A stretch of DNA of 64,000 nucleotides from Patescibacteria group bacterium (GTDB lineage: Bacteria; Patescibacteriota; Patescibacteriia; UM-FILTER-42-10), in NCBI GenBank assembly GCA_041666485.1, contig JBAYGW010000005.1, positions 3,654 through 67,653 of the forward strand. Reading direction: 5' to 3'. Position 1 is the stretch's first letter. Each line of letters opens with the position of its first letter. Positions 28,884 through 38,505 of the stretch are shown here, piece after piece. The notes beneath the pieces were generated by a model that worked only from the letters and a program-made list of their open reading frames with translations, did no database searches and was not told where the DNA came from. The translations under genes and the position numbers were made by a program.

Positions 28884-29870
28884 ATGCCAAAATTTTACAT
28901 AAAAAAATTAACCCCCCAAGAACTTGGATATCGTTCAGGTAGACCAAAAGGTGGCGGTAGATATTTTTATGTTTCAAAGGATTGTTTAGAATTTTTCCCC
29001 CCTTTATCTGAAAACATACTCAATGATTCAGTTTTAATACCTATAATTCCTCCATTCTCGAATAATAAAGTATATAGTAATTTTGTTTATCATAATGATA
29101 AACATGCAATTGAAAACGGTACGAGGGATGAATATAGACTCTATCTTAATAAACAGATTGATCCTAATGGTGAATATTTTAGCATTGACGACATTGTTGT
29201 TTTTGAAAAACAAGAAGAAAAAATTGATCAAGAAATTATTCCAACATATTTTTTAAACAGATTTTTAGCGAGTGCACCAGAATACAATATCTTAAACAAT
29301 ATAATTGAAAAATCTGAAATCAGAGGTGGACATGCACTATATGATGGTGAGCTTTCTGTTTCAACACAAACAACTAAATTTTCTGCAGATAATCGAGTAA
29401 TAATTCCTGAAGAAGTTGAAAAAGAAGTAAAAGATAAACTTACTGAAAACGAAGAAGAAATGGGTGCACACTTATTTAATTCAATAAGTTTTAGGGATTT
29501 TGTCTTAAATAGTTATGGTTATAAATGTGCAATCACAAATAAATCAATCACATGGAAAAATCTTAATAATTTAGAGGCTGCACACATTAAACCGAAATCA
29601 CACAGAGGAAGTTTTCTGCCATGTAATGGAATAGCCTTGTCAAGAGATATGCACTGGGCATTTGATAAAGGATTTATCTCCATAAACGACGATTATACAG
29701 TTTTAGTACACAAGGACGTGAAAGAAACAATGCTTAAAGAAATAGACGGAAAGAAAATTAACTTACCAATAGAAGATTTCTTTAAACCAAACAAAGAGTA
29801 TCTTAAACATCACAGAGAAAATGTATTCGGTCTATTTCATCATTCAGGATCGTTAAGGTCAATTAATTAA
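28884..29870 (+). CDS. Putative restriction endonuclease: EcoRII-N/B3-like domain plus HNH
   Basis: C-terminal FR..V...Y..KCAIT...LEAAHIKP...NGIALSRDMHWAFDKG (HNH_2); N-terminal YIKKLT.QELG...YHN...TRDEYRL. Confidence 0.8.
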   Translation: MPKFYIKKLTPQELGYRSGRPKGGGRYFYVSKDCLEFFPPLSENILNDSVLIPIIPPFSNNKVYSNFVYHNDKHAIENGTRDEYRLYLNKQIDPNGEYFSIDDIVVFEKQEEKIDQEIIPTYFLNRFLASAPEYNILNNIIEKSEIRGGHALYDGELSVSTQTTKFSADNRVIIPEEVEKEVKDKLTENEEEMGAHLFNSISFRDFVLNSYGYKCAITNKSITWKNLNNLEAAHIKPKSHRGSFLPCNGIALSRDMHWAFDKGFISINDDYTVLVHKDVKETMLKEIDGKKINLPIEDFFKPNKEYLKHHRENVFGLFHHSGSLRSIN

Positions 29871-30122
29871 ATCAACAAATGTATTTTTAGATTAGGCCGA
29901 ACAGATGCGGATAAATACCCATTACAATACCACTCATGACAAAAATACAAAAAATTGTGGAATATTTCAAAATAAGCAATATGTTCAAATAACAGCAAGT
30001 TATCAGACATAATTTTTATATAATTTTGTTAATTTCCCACGTAACTTGTAGAATTCAGAAATAATGAATAAAGTTTCATTATCATTCAACCAAAACAATA
30101 TTCACAAATAACCATAGATACT

Positions 30123-31406
30123 ATGAAAACACGTTTTCAAACAATGTCTATAAATCGTCTCTTTAAGTATCGTGAAAGAATCGATTTAGAACCGTCTTTT
30201 CAGCGTGAGAAAGTTTGGTCCAGTGACAAGCAACAACACTTCCTAGACACACTTCTAAAAGGTTGGGGAGTGCCAAAATTATACCTTCAACTAGATGAAA
30301 GCCCATCGGGTAAAAGAAACTACATCTGTATTGATGGGAAGCAACGCCTTACATCAGTTTTTTCTTTTTTAGAAAATCGTATACCTCTTAGTAAAAAATA
30401 CTCAGGTGAATTTGGTGGCAAATATTATCTTGATTTACCAGATAAAATTCAGAATAAATTTGATGACTATAAACTTCATATCGAGGAAGTAACTGATCCG
30501 GAAGAAAAGGAAATGAGCGAGCTTTTTAAGCGGTTGCAGCTTGGCTCACCACTCAACTCGGGAGAGAAGCTAATGGCTATAGTTGGAGATATGCACAATC
30601 TTGTAAAGAAATATTCCGTCCATCCATTTTTTAAAAAGAAAGTGGCATTACCGAATACTAGATATGCTCATTTTACTGTATGTGCTCAGGTTTGTTGCTT
30701 AGAGACTGTTGGGATTACAGATATCCCACTTCGCAAATTAGAATTGTTTTTTTCGAGCCACGAGGATTTTCGTAGCAGTGGTTTTGAACTTAAAACAAAG
30801 ATACAAAAAATTAAAGAAGTGCTAGATTATCTCAACAAAATGTTCGCCGCAGAATCACCTGACCTTCGCAATAGAGCAAGTGTAGTATCTATTTATCTAC
30901 TTGTATCTGATTTGATAGATAAGGGAAATATTAAAGGGAAGGAAAATAAATTAAGACGGTTCTTTGCAACATTTACAAAAGAATTACGAAATGAAATTGA
31001 AAAAGGTGTTGGGGCAAAGGACGCACAATTTATAAACTATCAGTCAGCGATTATTCAGGGTGCTGATGATCAAAAGTCTATCAAACTTAGGAGAGAAATA
31101 TTATTGAATAAACTTTATAGTTACGATCCTTTTTTCTATCGAATTATGCATCCACAACTTTCTCCAATTGAAAAATTTAGTAATTTATATGGGAACGTGG
31201 AAGATCGTCTCGGAAACTCGCAGCGAGTAGATGATTGGCTGGTAAGTAAAAAACCGAGAATCAAAACCGTGACTTGTCGAGGTAAAAAAGAGACGTTTAT
31301 AACACATATTAGACATTGCATCCACCATAATAAACATGGTAAATACACAAAATTAGATCTTCGTAATGCAACAAACTTATTAAATCAAATAGGCACTCCA
31401 ACCTAA
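30123..31406 (+). CDS. DUF262 (GmrSD/ParB-like) protein with C-terminal HEPN-like RxxxxH motif
   Basis: FQREKVW, IDGKQRLTS, LFKRLQLGSPLN; tail IRHCIHH. Confidence 0.8.
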   Translation: MKTRFQTMSINRLFKYRERIDLEPSFQREKVWSSDKQQHFLDTLLKGWGVPKLYLQLDESPSGKRNYICIDGKQRLTSVFSFLENRIPLSKKYSGEFGGKYYLDLPDKIQNKFDDYKLHIEEVTDPEEKEMSELFKRLQLGSPLNSGEKLMAIVGDMHNLVKKYSVHPFFKKKVALPNTRYAHFTVCAQVCCLETVGITDIPLRKLELFFSSHEDFRSSGFELKTKIQKIKEVLDYLNKMFAAESPDLRNRASVVSIYLLVSDLIDKGNIKGKENKLRRFFATFTKELRNEIEKGVGAKDAQFINYQSAIIQGADDQKSIKLRREILLNKLYSYDPFFYRIMHPQLSPIEKFSNLYGNVEDRLGNSQRVDDWLVSKKPRIKTVTCRGKKETFITHIRHCIHHNKHGKYTKLDLRNATNLLNQIGTPT

Positions 31407-31424
31407 ATACTATGATTAATATAC

Positions 31425-31460
31425 AAAAAAACAAGCCCTGAAATATTCAGAGCCTGTTTT
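31425..31460. terminator. Probable bidirectional terminator between convergent genes
   Basis: A-run, imperfect stem AACAAGCCCTGAA/TTCAGAGCCTGTT, T-run. Confidence 0.55.
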
Positions 31461-31477
31461 GTTATATGATTATTATC

Positions 31478-32413
31478 CTATTTCCCCATCAGCCACAGAA
31501 TGATGGCTTTTTGAATATGCATCCTGTTTTCCGCCTGATCGAATATTATGGAGTTTGGATGATCAATAGCGTCACGGGATATCTCATAACCCACGTGGCA
31601 GGGCATACAGTGCATAATTCCGGCCTTGGGGCTGTATTTATCCACGATTCCGGCATTGAGCTGGAACGGCTTGAATTCTTCAATTCTCTTGTCATATTCC
31701 GCTTTAAACTCCGGTTTGACCTTGCCGTCTTCGAAAAATTCCATATCCATCCAGGTGTCCGTATGCACGTAATCCGTATCTTTCATTGCCTCTTCAATAT
31801 CCACTGTTTTATGCACCTTCCCTGTTGCTTCTGCCATTTGGTTCAGCTCTTCATCAACACTGATTTCGTGTACTTTCGGTGCTGCCAGATAGATATCTAT
31901 TCCCAGTTTGGTGCAGACCAGCTTCAAAGTATTGCTGACGTTGTTTTCGATTCCGAGCCAGGTTACTTTTTTAATATTTTCAATTCCCCCGCTGTGTTCC
32001 ACCATCGTCAAAAGATCCCCGAGTGACTGGCATGGATGGTATTTTTCGGAGCAGGCGTCGATTACCGGAATTTTATTGAGGGATGCGGCAATATTGACAT
32101 CATTAAAAGATTTTGCCCGGAACATTAATACGTCGCCGAAACGCATTACGGCCTGAATCTCGTCTTTGTAATCAGTCAGGGCAAATTGCGATGTCCGACT
32201 GTCCAGAAATATTGCATGTCCGCCCAGCTGAGTCATGCCGGCTTCAAAAGAAAGCCTGGTGCGGGTGGATGTCTTCTGGAAAAGCATGATTAATGTTTTG
32301 TTTTTCAAAACATCTCCGTATCTTTCCGGATTAGCTTTGATCTCCTGCGCTTTGCGGATAATCTCCAGAATATCCTCTTTGGAATAGTCTTTTAGTGTAA
32401 GACAGTGTTTCAT
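31478..32413 (-). CDS. argF: Ornithine carbamoyltransferase family protein
   Basis: STRTRLSFE, HPCQ, HCMP, FDQAENRMH; the SMG loop is replaced by DTWMDM. Confidence 0.85.
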   Translation of the reverse strand: MKHCLTLKDYSKEDILEIIRKAQEIKANPERYGDVLKNKTLIMLFQKTSTRTRLSFEAGMTQLGGHAIFLDSRTSQFALTDYKDEIQAVMRFGDVLMFRAKSFNDVNIAASLNKIPVIDACSEKYHPCQSLGDLLTMVEHSGGIENIKKVTWLGIENNVSNTLKLVCTKLGIDIYLAAPKVHEISVDEELNQMAEATGKVHKTVDIEEAMKDTDYVHTDTWMDMEFFEDGKVKPEFKAEYDKRIEEFKPFQLNAGIVDKYSPKAGIMHCMPCHVGYEISRDAIDHPNSIIFDQAENRMHIQKAIILWLMGK

Positions 32414-32533
32414 TGTTTTCGTAATTAGTAATTAGTTATTGGTAATTGGTAAGAAGTAATTCGTAATTGGTAAATTATAATTGGTAATATGATGTAACCA
32501 TTGTATGTCCTGAGCGAAGTCGAAGGACGAGCC

Positions 32534-33340
32534 TTACTGAGTTCTTTTCAAATACGCGTCCCATGCCACTTTTTTATATTCTTTTGCGGAAGCAACCGGG
32601 TCATCCGCGCCGTAAATCCCCCGCCCGACGATTATTATATCAGAACCGGCACTTATCACATCCGCCGGAGTGGTATATTGCTGTTTCAGCGCATCTGTGC
32701 CGCCTGCGAGCTTTACTCCCGGAGTCATTATAATAAACTCTTCACTGTTTAGTCCAGAGAGTTTAGCCAGTTCCTGTACATCCCCGCCGTTTCCGATAAA
32801 ACCGATCACAAAATCAGAATAAGTCCGTGCCATATCCACCGCTTTTTTGGTGTATTCATCGGTTGCCAGGTTTCCTGTGGAACTCATCTGTGCCAGCAAA
32901 ATTAATGCTCTCTCTTGTCCGTTCTCTTCGGCCACAGCCTTTAGACCTTCAATAATTCCGGGACCGGGGACAATATGCGCATTGACCATATCCGACCATT
33001 CAACAATTTTATAAATCCCTTTCCCGTACTGCATTTTCACTGTATTGCCGATATCCGCAAATTTTCGGTCCTCAAAGATCAAAAAATTGTGCTTTTTAGC
33101 GAGGTTAGATAACTCTGCGATAAATCCTTCATTAAAGCCTTCTATAATATCTATATGTGTTTTTAGGATGCATAGTTCCGGACCAATCTGGTCCGCCAGT
33201 TTTAGTACTAAATCCGCCTCCGGTTCATCCACCGCCAGTGCGAGGTTAGTCTGTTTTTCATCCATCAGTTGATACAATCTTTTAGCCACCGGGTTTTTGG
33301 CTAATTGTGAACGCTTGAGATATGTTTTAGATTGATTCAT
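32534..33340 (-). CDS. pyrF: Orotidine-5'-phosphate decarboxylase (eukaryote/URA3-like type)
   Basis: KTHIDII, FEDRKFADIGNTV, LAQMSSTGNL, QQYTTP, IIIVGRGI. Confidence 0.95.
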   Translation of the reverse strand: MNQSKTYLKRSQLAKNPVAKRLYQLMDEKQTNLALAVDEPEADLVLKLADQIGPELCILKTHIDIIEGFNEGFIAELSNLAKKHNFLIFEDRKFADIGNTVKMQYGKGIYKIVEWSDMVNAHIVPGPGIIEGLKAVAEENGQERALILLAQMSSTGNLATDEYTKKAVDMARTYSDFVIGFIGNGGDVQELAKLSGLNSEEFIIMTPGVKLAGGTDALKQQYTTPADVISAGSDIIIVGRGIYGADDPVASAKEYKKVAWDAYLKRTQ

Positions 33341-33352
33341 AGGTAAAATTAA

Positions 33353-34132
33353 TTATTCACTTGGTTCCGCTTCTCTTTTACTTTGCATTCTGGCAAAAGT
33401 CATATAATCAAGTTCCTCCTGCGTCAGTTCCGGATTTTTGAGTTTGTAATAATCAGTATCCGACATCCCTTTTAGATCAGTCTGGTCATATCCGAGGCGC
33501 TGTGCGATTTCCAGGACCTTCTCTTCACTGTCCGCTTCTATCTCAGCCCAGGGCGTACCGGCCGGACCTTCATTCAGCTCAACTTTGCATCCGTCCAGTG
33601 CAAATGTCGTCCGGTATTTCTCTTTCTGCGATTTAACAATATAACCGACCGAGTTTAAAAGTTCAATGATCGAGCTATCCTCCGGCAACTCCGTTTCCAG
33701 TTCCACCCGGTTATCAATTCCTTCTTTATTTTTTCTTGTTTCCTTGACTGTAAAAAGCATCTTGCCGGTATCCTGACGCAATCTGACCATCCGCGTCTTC
33801 GCTCCTTTCGATGTACGCACAATCAGTTCACCATCCTCTGTTTCGGATACTATTTCAATGCCAAGAAATCTGAACATTTCTTTCAGCTTATCTCTATTAT
33901 TGATCTCCTCCAGACTAAACGGCACCTCCGAATTGTTTTCCAGCATATCCGATTTACGGAAACTGCGATCAGACAGTAATCGCCTTTCTCCGATCGGTTC
34001 CGCCCCCAGTGCATTAAGACGTTCTAAAAACTGTTGCGGATCGCCAAGATTAACAATCTTCGCTTCGATCTCTCTGGGCAGTTCCTGTTGTTCACCGGAA
34101 TTTTCGCCCGGAATAAATGGTTTATCAATCAT
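33353..34132 (-). CDS. CYTH (triphosphate tunnel) domain protein with internal insertion
   Basis: EIEAK, VRLR, FTVK, RVELET, EKYRTT, WAEIE. Confidence 0.8.
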   Translation of the reverse strand: MIDKPFIPGENSGEQQELPREIEAKIVNLGDPQQFLERLNALGAEPIGERRLLSDRSFRKSDMLENNSEVPFSLEEINNRDKLKEMFRFLGIEIVSETEDGELIVRTSKGAKTRMVRLRQDTGKMLFTVKETRKNKEGIDNRVELETELPEDSSIIELLNSVGYIVKSQKEKYRTTFALDGCKVELNEGPAGTPWAEIEADSEEKVLEIAQRLGYDQTDLKGMSDTDYYKLKNPELTQEELDYMTFARMQSKREAEPSE

Positions 34133-34158
34133 ATATTTAACAAATTATCAGTACAATT

Positions 34159-34833
34159 TTACTGAGAAACTCCGTACTTGGCAAGATAGGCTTCCACCCT
34201 GTCCTTCGTTGCATCATCCAGATATATTTTCCCGTCAATTTTCTGGTTGTGTAGCACGTCGATCACCTCTCGTACTGTCACAATTGCTTTTACCGGGATG
34301 CCGAATGATTTTTCAAATTCCAAAAGTGCATCATTGCCGTCATTATCCATTTCCTGCCGGTTGAATGCTATCACCAACCCGGAGAAGATGACATTTTCAA
34401 ATTTTGCTTTGATCATATTCACAGCGTCTTCTTTGGTCTTGCCGGTAGTCATTACATCGTCAATCAGAATAATCTTTTGGCCAGGTGTAGGTTCATAGCC
34501 GACAAACGCGCTTTTGTCGCCGTAATCTTTTACCTCTTTCCGGTCAAAAAGATATCCTTTGTCCATGCCGAAATCTTTCGCCAGCGCCATGGACGTGGCA
34601 ACTGCCAGCGGGATTCCTTTGTAGGCCGGCCCGAAGATCACATCAAAATCCACCACTTCCTCGCGGATCAGCGCGGCGTAAAAATAACCCAGTTTATAGA
34701 TTGAAGATCCGGTATTGAAATTACCGGTTGTGAAAAAATACGGGGAAATGCGTCCGCTTTTTAACGTGAACTCGCCGAATTTCAATGCTTCCGATCTAAC
34801 CAAGAATTCTATAAAATCTTTCTTATAACTCAT
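34159..34833 (-). CDS. pyrE: Orotate phosphoribosyltransferase
   Basis: GEFTLKSGRISPYFF, FGPAYKGIP, RKEVKDYG, IDDVMTTG. Confidence 0.96.
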   Translation of the reverse strand: MSYKKDFIEFLVRSEALKFGEFTLKSGRISPYFFTTGNFNTGSSIYKLGYFYAALIREEVVDFDVIFGPAYKGIPLAVATSMALAKDFGMDKGYLFDRKEVKDYGDKSAFVGYEPTPGQKIILIDDVMTTGKTKEDAVNMIKAKFENVIFSGLVIAFNRQEMDNDGNDALLEFEKSFGIPVKAIVTVREVIDVLHNQKIDGKIYLDDATKDRVEAYLAKYGVSQ

Positions 34834-36109
34834 AATTTATCTCCTTACCTTTAAATTGTTCGTTAATTTCCAAAGAATTGTAAACAATATTTCCGCCGAC
34901 GATTGTTGATACGGGCCAGCCGGTCAGATTCTTCCCGACAAAGGGCGTCCATCCGCATTTAGATTCCATTTCTTCATTGATCACTTCTTTTTCCAGTGAC
35001 ATATCAACGAGTACCAGATCCGCATCGTAGCCCTCCGCTATCTTTCCCTTGTTTTTGATTTTAAATATTCTGGCGGGGTTTTCGCAGACTAACTCAACAA
35101 TTTTCTTCAAATCAATCCTTCCTTTACTCACCTCGTTCAAGAGTAATGGTAACATAGTTTCCACCCCCGGCACACCGGCTGGTGCTTGCCAATACGACTG
35201 CATCTTTTCTTCCTTGGTGTGCGGTGCGTGATCCGTTGCTATCGTATCAACCGTGCCGTCCATTATCCCGCGCCATAGCGCTAAGCGGTCCGCTTCAGGT
35301 CTGAGTGGTGGATTCATCTTGACCCAATTCCCCTGTTTGCCGTATTCACTGCTGTTTAAAAATAAATGATGCGGAGCAACCTCGCAGGTTACCGGAAGGC
35401 CTTTGCTCTTTGCGGATTTGATCAGTTTCAGTTCCCCTGCGGAGCTGACATGACAAAAATGGACGCGGGCTTTGGTTTGTTCCACAATTTCAAGAATATT
35501 TTTTACGGCAATTATTGCCGCCTCCGGCGCCCGTACTTTGGTATGAATCATCGGATCATCCGAATCTTTAAATTCAACGCTTTTTTGCTTAATAAATTCT
35601 TCGTCCTCGGCATGGATCAAAAAAAGTTTGTTGCACTCATTAAATATTTTCTTTACATCTTCCATTTTATCTACCAAAAGATCCCCGGTGGATGACCCGA
35701 AATATATTTTTACTGCCGAAATATTTTTAGCGGAATTTAGAAATTCCAGATTGTCTGTTGTGGCACCGATATGAAAACCGTAATTGATCACACTCTTTTT
35801 TGCTTTTTCCCGTTTCAAATTTAAAGATGCATTATCAATGATCGGCGGGTTGTTGTTCGGCATATCCAGGACTGTGGTGACCCCTCCTTTTACCGCGGAA
35901 CGCGATCCGGTCAGCCAGTCCTCTTTTTGTTCTCCGCCCGGCTCTCGGAAATGTACATGGCCGTCGATTAAACCGGGTAATAATAAAAGACCGGCGCAGT
36001 CAATTGTTTCCTTTTCTATGCCTTTGCCGATTTTACTGATTATTCCGTCTTTAATATGCACATCCGCCTCCTCCGATCCCAGACGGCAATTCTTCAGTGT
36101 ATATTCCAT
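34823..36109 (-). CDS. pyrC: Dihydroorotase
   Basis: DGHVHFREPG, DMPN, EVAPHHL, KMNPPLR, ATDHAPH; pyr operon context. Confidence 0.93.
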   Translation of the reverse strand: MEYTLKNCRLGSEEADVHIKDGIISKIGKGIEKETIDCAGLLLLPGLIDGHVHFREPGGEQKEDWLTGSRSAVKGGVTTVLDMPNNNPPIIDNASLNLKREKAKKSVINYGFHIGATTDNLEFLNSAKNISAVKIYFGSSTGDLLVDKMEDVKKIFNECNKLFLIHAEDEEFIKQKSVEFKDSDDPMIHTKVRAPEAAIIAVKNILEIVEQTKARVHFCHVSSAGELKLIKSAKSKGLPVTCEVAPHHLFLNSSEYGKQGNWVKMNPPLRPEADRLALWRGIMDGTVDTIATDHAPHTKEEKMQSYWQAPAGVPGVETMLPLLLNEVSKGRIDLKKIVELVCENPARIFKIKNKGKIAEGYDADLVLVDMSLEKEVINEEMESKCGWTPFVGKNLTGWPVSTIVGGNIVYNSLEINEQFKGKEINYEL

Positions 36110-36111
36110 AT

Positions 36112-36927
36112 TTAAAATTCCTTCTTTACTCCGGACCCTGACCTGTGGAATTTACCGAATTCAGTGATTGTTCTGGCGCGTTCTGAATCGACGACCGGCC
36201 CTTTGATACACATCGGCTCGCCGGTACCGTCCACGGAACAGGCTCCGCAGACTCCCATACCGCATTTCATGTAGCGTTCAATGCTGATCTGGCAATTAAT
36301 ATTGAGCGGTTCGCAAATATCAAACACCGCTTTTTCCATCAGCTCCGGACCGCAGGTATAAACCAAATCAATTTTTTCTTTACTTAATATTTCTTTCAAG
36401 GGACCTGTAACCATCCCTTTAATTCCGAATGACCCGTCATTGGTCGTGGTATAAACCTTCGCTTTTAAATTATTTAAACGGTCCAGGAATAGCAAATATT
36501 CTTTTGAACGCGCTCCGTTGATAAAATGAATTTCAACATTGTCTTTGGCCAGCTCTTCCGCCATGTTTAATAATGGAGCAACACCGTACCCACCCCCGAC
36601 CATCACCACTTTTTTCGCTCCTTTCTCTTTCCAGAATCCATGTCCATACGGCCCGCGGATTCCTACCCGGTCGCCCACTTTCAGTTTAAAAAGTTCCTCA
36701 GTAAAAGGACCGACTTTCGCAATAGCTAAACCCATCTCATTTCCGGTATCGTAGGCAATACTGAAGGGCTTTTCGTCCAATCCTGGTATCCAGAGCATCG
36801 CAAACTGCCCGGGCTGTGAATTTAAAGCATGCTGAAAATAAAATGTATCCACATTTACATTTTCCTTCTGGCGCCGGACGATCGGCAACATCAGCGGTTT
36901 ATCCAGTTTATTGATCCATTTTTCCAT
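36112..36927 (-). CDS. pyrK: Dihydroorotate dehydrogenase electron-transfer subunit
   Basis: KPFSI, RGPYG, GGGYGVAP, CGPELM, ERYMKCGMGVCGAC...CIKGPV. Confidence 0.93.
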   Translation of the reverse strand: MEKWINKLDKPLMLPIVRRQKENVNVDTFYFQHALNSQPGQFAMLWIPGLDEKPFSIAYDTGNEMGLAIAKVGPFTEELFKLKVGDRVGIRGPYGHGFWKEKGAKKVVMVGGGYGVAPLLNMAEELAKDNVEIHFINGARSKEYLLFLDRLNNLKAKVYTTTNDGSFGIKGMVTGPLKEILSKEKIDLVYTCGPELMEKAVFDICEPLNINCQISIERYMKCGMGVCGACSVDGTGEPMCIKGPVVDSERARTITEFGKFHRSGSGVKKEF

Positions 36928-36977
36928 AAATAATTCCCTAATTTCTTTAAAGTCTAAACAAATTCACATTTTCTCAG

Positions 36978-37046
36978 GTCATCCTGAACTCGTTTCAGGA
37001 TCTATACTTGTTAATGGCGGAGACTCTGAAACAAGTTCAGAGTGAC
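36978..37046. repeat. Paired-palindrome miniature element, copy 2
   Basis: GTCATCCTGAACTCGTTTCAGGATC...GACTCTGAAACAAGTTCAGAGTGAC. Confidence 0.8.
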
Positions 37047-37131
37047 ATAAACAAAGTCAGAATTTGTAACTATTTTAATTAGCATTCAATTACCAATTAC
37101 ATATTACCAGTTACTAATTACAAATTCCCAA

Positions 37132-38049
37132 TTACTTATTATGCGCCAACCCGATTATCTCACTAATAGAATCAAATCCTTCCGCCTCCATATATTCTTT
37201 AATCTCATCACAAATCAGCCTGAACACTTCCGCACCGCGGTAATATACTGCCGTTCCTACCTGAACCGCTGTTGCTCCCAGCATCATCATTTCAATCGCG
37301 TCTCTGCCGGTCGTGACCCCGCCGATACCGATCACCGGAATTTTTACCGACTGGTATATGTCAGAAACGCACCGCACCGCAATCGGCCGGAGCGCCGGAC
37401 CGGTAACACCCCCCATGCCAAAATGCAGAATCGGTTTTTTGGCATAGATATCCAGGTGAATCCCGGGTCCCATGGAATTAACCGCGGAGATTGCGTCCGC
37501 ACCACCCGCTTCCGCCGCCTTGGCTACTTCACCGATCGGCTGGCTTTCCGGCGATACTTTGATAAATAAAGGTAACTTAGTTTTCTCTCTGATTCTTCTG
37601 GTAATTTCCTCGGTGGCCTTCGGCGTTCCCTGTCCCGCCATCGTTCCGTAACCCGGAGTATGCGGGCAGGATAAAACCGCTTCCACTGCTGAAAATTCGT
37701 CGGTCAGAAAATTCTCCGCCATATAGGCGAACTCATCCGCATCTTTACCGATAATACTGGCAATCACCGGCGCTTTTAATTCTTTCAGATTAATAAACTC
37801 CGCTTTGGCTTTTTCCAGACCGGGGTTGGAGTAACCGACCGCATTCATAAAACCGCCCTCAATCGCGTGCATGTTCGGCGCATCATGACCTTTGCGTTCT
37901 TCCCGGCTGATGGATTTTATCACACAACCGCCGGCACCGTTTTGGATAACGTATTTCAAAGAATCCCGGATTACCCCAAGAATTCCGGACGCCAGGATCG
38001 TCGGATTAGCAAAATCAATTCCCGCTAATTTTATGGAAACATCTGGCAT
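37132..38049 (-). CDS. pyrD: Dihydroorotate dehydrogenase class 1B catalytic subunit
   Basis: NPTILASG, NAVGYSNPG, SCPH, GGVTGPALRP, IGIGGV, VQVGTA. Confidence 0.95.
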   Translation of the reverse strand: MPDVSIKLAGIDFANPTILASGILGVIRDSLKYVIQNGAGGCVIKSISREERKGHDAPNMHAIEGGFMNAVGYSNPGLEKAKAEFINLKELKAPVIASIIGKDADEFAYMAENFLTDEFSAVEAVLSCPHTPGYGTMAGQGTPKATEEITRRIREKTKLPLFIKVSPESQPIGEVAKAAEAGGADAISAVNSMGPGIHLDIYAKKPILHFGMGGVTGPALRPIAVRCVSDIYQSVKIPVIGIGGVTTGRDAIEMMMLGATAVQVGTAVYYRGAEVFRLICDEIKEYMEAEGFDSISEIIGLAHNK

Positions 38050-38052
38050 AAA

Positions 38053-38502
38053 TCAGGCAAGGGTTATTTCATCAATCCCGAAAGTTCTTTCGCAAAAGAA
38101 ACAGTATAATTCAATCGGTTTTTCTTTGGCCAGTGTGAATTTCGTTACTACCGGCTCGTGGTTAGTTACACAGTTCGGGTTTCCGCATTTGATTATTCCG
38201 TCTATCTGTTCCGGGATCTTGATCGGAATTTTTTTGGCTACTTTGAAATCCCTGATGATGTTGATCGTGGCATTGGTTGCGACAATCGCGAGCCTGTTGA
38301 CCTCTTCCGGTGTCAGTTCCCGATTTTCAATTTTGACAACATCTTTCTTCCCGCTGCGTTTGCTTTTGAAATGCATTCCTAAAGTGACAATATTCTGGTC
38401 ATTGGCGACTCCCAAAAGATTGATCACATCCATTCCCTTGCCGGAAGGAATATGGTCAATTACCGTACCGTCTTTGATTGCGTAAACTTTGTAAGCGCGC
38501 AT
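38053..38502 (-). CDS. pyrI: Aspartate carbamoyltransferase regulatory subunit
   Basis: AIKDGTVIDHIP, KDVVKIE, CGNPNCVT...CFFCE zinc site. Confidence 0.96.
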   Translation of the reverse strand: MRAYKVYAIKDGTVIDHIPSGKGMDVINLLGVANDQNIVTLGMHFKSKRSGKKDVVKIENRELTPEEVNRLAIVATNATINIIRDFKVAKKIPIKIPEQIDGIIKCGNPNCVTNHEPVVTKFTLAKEKPIELYCFFCERTFGIDEITLA

Positions 38503-38505
38503 AGT

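Noticed and set aside
29871-30122. Possible pseudogene fragment between the HNH and DUF262 genes
   Set aside because: Only very short ORFs with no recognisable motif.
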